37,882 bases of DNA from a virus. Lineage: Duplodnaviria; Caudoviricetes. The stretch is taken from IMG/VR virus record IMGVR_UViG_3300043437_000215, positions 1-37,882 of that record; one strand, given 5' to 3'. A program made the position numbers and the translations under genes. Shown here piece after piece: positions 33,218 to 37,882 of this stretch. A model generated the notes under the pieces. It worked only from the letters and a program-made list of their open reading frames with translations, was not told the origin of the DNA and made no database searches. Numbering within the stretch: position 1 is the stretch's first letter; every line of letters starts with the position of its first letter.

Positions 33218-34891
33218 TTATTGTTGATACAAGTTAATGAAGTTCTCCGTTGTGATGCGCTCGTTATCCTGCGTTAGTATAAACGGCTCATCTGCGTTAT
33301 CCAATATCGAAGGTAGGCAGTCAGCATCCACGCCAACACAGACCGTCTTACGCACCTTATCGAGCTTCTTATACAGCTCGATTGTCAAGCTGCCAAGGTC
33401 ATCGGCATTGTCATACTCGATGGTCGGGAATTCATTGTCGGCTGGGAAGGATAGCTCCCCATTCACATAGCAGTTATCGAAGTAGAAAACAATCGAGAGG
33501 AAGTCGAGCACGTACTCAGGCAAGCGCCCGAAGTGGTAGCTCAGTTTCTTTTTGCGGTCTACAAAGCTCGCCTGCCATCTGCCGGAAGCATACCTAAACA
33601 AATCGGTATCGGTATCATATTGCGGTTGGAATCTTCGCCCTTCCAATCGGATGCCCGGCAAGAATGATGTGCCGCTGAAGCCGAGCCCGAATTGATTCTC
33701 ACCATTGCAGCCTTCAATCTTGAAGAATCGGCATTCATCGCTGAAGTCACCAATCTGAATCAGGTCGCTATACTTGTCATACTTAGCCCAGTTCTTATCA
33801 GCTCGCACCGTGATGCGCGTAACCGTTATCTCGCCATCGAGCGAAGCACCAAACTGCGAACCGAGTAGGCTCAATGCTCCGCTCTGCGTTACCGTTATCG
33901 TGAAGTTATACGTGCCCGCTGTGCTTATGGCTGTGGCATAGTTAACCCCATCGACCTGAAGCCGTAGCCGTGCATTGACAATCGAATCCACTTCAATGGT
34001 CACATAGTAATCCGTTTCCTCGCATAGCTCGGTAATCGACTCAAGGCTTGTGGCATTGCCGATTGCCGTAAGGTCAATCTGCGCCTCGCCGCCGCCGATG
34101 TTCCAGGTATCGCTGCCAGTTACCGCCACGCTACTCCAGCCAAGCGGCGGGCAATCGATGCACCCACCCCAATCGTTGAAGTATGGATTGTAAATGTAAT
34201 ACTGCCCGCAAGTGTTGGTGCAAAAGTCAGCAATCGCTAACCGATAGCAGCCCGGCTCAAGTTCGTAATCAGCCAACGCAATGCCAGCCGTGAGGTATTG
34301 GTCCTTCGTTGTGAGCACTGGGTCGAGCACTTGCACCACAGCCAGCGTTGTAGCATCAACGATGCCCGCGAATAATGCGCCATTGCAGTTCGGCTGGAAG
34401 TCATCAATGGTAACGCTTCCGATGAACTCTTGCACGGTTGTGTTAGTGCCAATAAGTAAATCCTGAATGTTGCTGTTAGTATTCGCAGGGATGTCGGTAG
34501 CCTTTAGATAAATTACATGGGTACCCGCCGCGCTGATGTTCACCGAATCACCATTGGTAAAGCCAACGATAAGCGTACCAATCGAGCCGGGGTTGATTGT
34601 GATGGTCAGCTTATACTCCAGGCAGTTGATGAACTTGTAGAAGGTATATGCAACAAGCGCGGTATCGTCATTGCTGCCGGGAAAGGTTATGTTAAAGCCA
34701 TCAACAGTCGCATCATTGACAACCACAATCTCATTGAATCGCAAGTATCCGCACTCCCCTGCTTCGAGCTGCCAGAACAATTGATCGTTGAAGTCGGCAA
34801 GCTGCGCGAACTCAGAGCCGCATCCCTCGCATACCTCGGGCAATGTGCTGCTAAATATTATCGGTTGGTTGGGTATCGATGTATAACTCAT
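33218..34891 (-). CDS. Tail-tip structural protein with two probable beta-sandwich inserts (557 aa)
   Basis: Second gene after the tape measure; two similar segments ('Y.LTITI...G.L..G...ISAAGTH' and 'YYVTIEV...L..DG...ISTAGTY'); C-terminal ADEPFILTQDNERITTE. Confidence 0.65.
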   Translation of the reverse strand: MSYTSIPNQPIIFSSTLPEVCEGCGSEFAQLADFNDQLFWQLEAGECGYLRFNEIVVVNDATVDGFNITFPGSNDDTALVAYTFYKFINCLEYKLTITINPGSIGTLIVGFTNGDSVNISAAGTHVIYLKATDIPANTNSNIQDLLIGTNTTVQEFIGSVTIDDFQPNCNGALFAGIVDATTLAVVQVLDPVLTTKDQYLTAGIALADYELEPGCYRLAIADFCTNTCGQYYIYNPYFNDWGGCIDCPPLGWSSVAVTGSDTWNIGGGEAQIDLTAIGNATSLESITELCEETDYYVTIEVDSIVNARLRLQVDGVNYATAISTAGTYNFTITVTQSGALSLLGSQFGASLDGEITVTRITVRADKNWAKYDKYSDLIQIGDFSDECRFFKIEGCNGENQFGLGFSGTSFLPGIRLEGRRFQPQYDTDTDLFRYASGRWQASFVDRKKKLSYHFGRLPEYVLDFLSIVFYFDNCYVNGELSFPADNEFPTIEYDNADDLGSLTIELYKKLDKVRKTVCVGVDADCLPSILDNADEPFILTQDNERITTENFINLYQQ

Positions 34892-36960
34892 GGAAGTAGT
34901 TTGTTTGAACGTAGCTCGAATTGCGCGGCCTTGCGCATCACTGACTCAATCTGAATGTTTTTAATGTAGGTGTCAATCACTGCGATGCTGTCATCCCTGC
35001 GACCGAGTTGTATCGGCTTGGATGTCTCCGATGTAATGGCGTTAATCTCTGCCATCGTGAGCGGGCGCTTGAACTTGTAGAGGTAGGCTTGCACATCATC
35101 GATGTTCACTGGGTCAAGTGTTTGTGGTGTGAATGGTTCGCCAATAATTGAAAAGAATGAGAATGCCGATGGTAGCGTAGTATTTTGAAATCCGCTTCCG
35201 AATCGTAAGAATCGTTGAATAACATTAGGCAATGGGGCTGTGGCGGTTGCTGATATGCCAATGTCAACTGCGATTAAATCACCCGGCTCGCAAATGAATA
35301 CCTCGTTCGTTATTGTATACCAAGCTGGTTGACCGGGCACAGCTAAATCACTGCCAGTGATAAATCTTGTTTCTAATAAATTCAGACCGGCATCAAATCG
35401 CTTAATCATTAGCTTAACTTGCCTGCCAGCTGCAAATGCAATCGGCAAAAATGTTACAGGGTCTAAGTATTCATCTAATACAAGCCCGGCATTAACCGTG
35501 TATATGCCCGGATTTGCAACGCTGTAATACTCATACGTGCCCGGCACAGGCTGCGTGAAATTACTTGGATTTATAACCGGGTCAAGCCAAATGAAGTAAT
35601 GAGCCAACAGCCCTGAAAGAGTATTCTGAGTCGGAGCATTAACAACAGAGAATTGATTTACAATTTGGTTTGCAAGCGTATTATCAAACCTTAATGTTCC
35701 GGTTGCAGTTGACGGATTGAAGCCCTCAAAAAATGATTGAAGGGAATTCGGATATCCGCTCAGCCAATTAGCAGATACAACCTCGTTTCTAAATGGTCCA
35801 TTATAAATGCTATTGCCAACGCCGTAAGGGTCGTATCCTCGAGCTCTTGCTGTATTGACTCCATAGAACCCATCCCAGTTGCTCATAATAACAACGCCGT
35901 TTGTTTCATATCCGGTATTGTTAAAAACAACAATGTCCTGAATAAGGTTAGTGTCAAATATTATTTCGCTTGTTTTCAAGTCAAGCACATTCGATGTATT
36001 GCACTCACCTAAAAATCCAAATGTTTCAGTTCTGAATCCTCTGAATGGTGTCTGCGTAAATTCGCAAAGCGTGTCACCGTTATCGCATTGACCTACTTCT
36101 AAGAACAATTCATTGCCGAAGTCAGCCGCTTGGTATAGCCTGCTTGTATCGAACTTCATCTCAATCTCTGGCTGATCGTAAAGGTTAGCCGATGCGCCCG
36201 ATTGCTGGAAGTATGCAATAGGCTCGATGCGTAGCAATGGCCTTCCATTAGCTTGCTTCTCGAATCCCATGCCGAGGTTTAGCTTTGACCGCATTGCTGC
36301 GTATAGGCTTTCAAAGTCTGCAAGTATTTCAACATTTGATTTGATTCGAATCGATTGCCCATTGGTATAGAATGGCACATCGTTCTGCGGATATGTAGCG
36401 GCAAAGTAATTAGAATCAAAGTCGATTAAACCATCGCTCATGCAGTTTACCAAATGAGCAAAAGTATCATAAATCGTATATCCGTATGCTGGGTCAGTAT
36501 AGAATGAAACGCCGGGATTATAAACATAAAGCGGCACAGCTGTTGGCGGCACTATCGGTACGCCGTTCTTTGATGTTGTAAGGCGCAGCGAGAATGGTAT
36601 AGCCTTGTTGTTGTTTATCTTGGTGCTGAATGTTTCATCATAGAGCTTAGTCTTTACTTGGCACCTATCGAGCAGAAAGTTCGATTCGGTTACAATGATG
36701 TAGCCATCGACCAACTTCTCCCAGGTACCCGAGCTGCAAAGGTATTGCACGGTCACGCGCACAAGCTCGCAGTAACCAGATGTTGCAAGTTTATTGTAAA
36801 GATACCCGAACACATCGCCGCCAAAGATTAACTCATTGTCGAACGATACAATGCGGGCTCCGATGTTGCTGTCCTCGCTAATGTTGATGCCGAAGTCCTC
36901 AGGGTTAAGCGGCTGGCCTCGGTCGAGATTGTCGATAAGGAATTTTATTTCTACTGCCAT
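34888..36960 (-). CDS. Tail tip/baseplate-region structural protein, allele B (690 aa)
   Basis: First gene after the tape measure; 'LRIEP..YF' hub-like segment; aromatic- and Asn-rich. Confidence 0.75.
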   Translation of the reverse strand: MAVEIKFLIDNLDRGQPLNPEDFGINISEDSNIGARIVSFDNELIFGGDVFGYLYNKLATSGYCELVRVTVQYLCSSGTWEKLVDGYIIVTESNFLLDRCQVKTKLYDETFSTKINNNKAIPFSLRLTTSKNGVPIVPPTAVPLYVYNPGVSFYTDPAYGYTIYDTFAHLVNCMSDGLIDFDSNYFAATYPQNDVPFYTNGQSIRIKSNVEILADFESLYAAMRSKLNLGMGFEKQANGRPLLRIEPIAYFQQSGASANLYDQPEIEMKFDTSRLYQAADFGNELFLEVGQCDNGDTLCEFTQTPFRGFRTETFGFLGECNTSNVLDLKTSEIIFDTNLIQDIVVFNNTGYETNGVVIMSNWDGFYGVNTARARGYDPYGVGNSIYNGPFRNEVVSANWLSGYPNSLQSFFEGFNPSTATGTLRFDNTLANQIVNQFSVVNAPTQNTLSGLLAHYFIWLDPVINPSNFTQPVPGTYEYYSVANPGIYTVNAGLVLDEYLDPVTFLPIAFAAGRQVKLMIKRFDAGLNLLETRFITGSDLAVPGQPAWYTITNEVFICEPGDLIAVDIGISATATAPLPNVIQRFLRFGSGFQNTTLPSAFSFFSIIGEPFTPQTLDPVNIDDVQAYLYKFKRPLTMAEINAITSETSKPIQLGRRDDSIAVIDTYIKNIQIESVMRKAAQFELRSNKLLP

Positions 36961-37882
36961 GAATATCGAGAATCCCCTCCGTTAATGTTTACAATCATTT
37001 GCTTCCCTGCCATTGTCTTGTTCAGCCTGTCGAGCTTGCGCTCCATCGACTTGCTATTCAGCGAAGCGTTAACCGTTATGCCATCGCGCTTGTTATTCAT
37101 CGCATAGCTGAGTATGGCAGGGCGCACGTAACGCTCATCGATTAATCGCTTGAATGCTGCGCTCGATGTGTTAATCGCATCCAGTTCGCGGCGGTTGCGC
37201 ATCACTGAGTTCTTATTCACCACGTACTCGCCGCGCTCGGCTTCAATCAACGTTCCGCCTGCCTCATGGCTGCGCCCGCCTACCATACCACCCTTCTTGA
37301 ACTTAGGGATGGGCGTTGCTGCAATGATGGCAATCTGAGCCAAGCCTGAAGCAAGGGCGATGGCTTTCTCAACTACCGTGACAGCCTTGGCAACAGCGGC
37401 AGCCGTGCCAATCGTTGCATTAAATATAGCCGCAGCCTTTTCGGCTTTCGCTTGCCGTGTCTTTTCGGCTGCAACCTTTTGCTCTGTTCTTATGCGTAAG
37501 GCCTCGAGCTTGCGTTGCTTTTGAGCTTCGCTTATTGTGCTGCCCTCGATAGCCGCCTTCTCGGCTTCATTTGCCGCATTGATTTCCTCGATTCGCTTTT
37601 GCGATTGAATGCCTTGCAGCTCAATGATGCTTCCAAGTGTATCAGCAACCGCCTGCGCAATCTCAAGCGCTTGGTCGATTGCTTCATCGCGTGACTTCTT
37701 ACGCTCATCGCGGATGGCTTGCTCGGTCTCGGCGTTGATGAGTTTTATCTCGCTAGCATTTTCTTTAGCATCTTCAATTCGCTTTTTAGATTCGAGTTGT
37801 ATAATCTCAATCCTTCTTTCGAGCGATGTGCCCTCTGCAATCTCTAATGTCTTAAGCGCATTTATCTGAGCATCGATGCCAG
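35250..37882. repeat. Terminal redundancy, copy B
   Basis: Aligns with 1-2633 without net indel. Confidence 0.97.
36951..37882 (-). CDS. Tape measure protein C-terminal part (start lies beyond the right edge)
   Basis: Near-identical to 1702-2633; a few amino acid changes (EFVV/EYVV, MSNK/MNNK, KAM/KSM, YTW/YSW). Confidence 0.9.
   Translation of the reverse strand, partial: GIDAQINALKTLEIAEGTSLERRIEIIQLESKKRIEDAKENASEIKLINAETEQAIRDERKKSRDEAIDQALEIAQAVADTLGSIIELQGIQSQKRIEEINAANEAEKAAIEGSTISEAQKQRKLEALRIRTEQKVAAEKTRQAKAEKAAAIFNATIGTAAAVAKAVTVVEKAIALASGLAQIAIIAATPIPKFKKGGMVGGRSHEAGGTLIEAERGEYVVNKNSVMRNRRELDAINTSSAAFKRLIDERYVRPAILSYAMNNKRDGITVNASLNSKSMERKLDRLNKTMAGKQMIVNINGGDSRYSWQ

Noticed and set aside
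488-37869. Numerous plus-strand ORFs
   Set aside because: They lie antisense to well-supported minus-strand genes and show no recognisable motifs; treated as shadow ORFs.
1-37882. Prophage, integrase/repressor module, or tandem prophages
   Set aside because: No recombinase, CI-like repressor or host genes were recognised within a full genome unit.
1-37882. Stop-codon reassignment
   Set aside because: Long genes are intact and densely packed under the standard code, and no suppressor tRNA was seen.

Overview
The window is slightly more than one complete, circularly permuted genome of a tailed phage (unit length 35,249 bp). Positions 1-2633 recur at 35250-37882 as a diverged allele, not an identical copy. 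All credible genes are on the minus strand. The likely host is a Bacteroidota, because TAnnTTTG promoter boxes sit in nearly every intergenic gap and the primase is VirE/BT4734-type. Modules in transcription order: tape measure and tail tip, tail tube, glycosyltransferase plus SAM methyltransferase, portal/minor head/scaffold/capsid, neck and fibre cassette, lysis cassette, recombination/replication genes with a repeat-rich origin candidate, terminase, tail chaperones. No integrase, repressor, reverse transcriptase, tRNA or CRISPR array was recognised. The most notable observations are: (1) a PAS + HisKA(DHp)-only protein with its own promoter inside the lysis cassette; (2) a predicted -1 frameshift at the capsid stop codon that appends an 'ADE..LTQD..TT' peptide also present at the end of a tail protein; (3) a C5 DNA methyltransferase split across two nested reading frames, the inner frame carrying four tandem LPTP units and motif IX. 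Product calls rest on motif recognition and synteny only; no searches were run.
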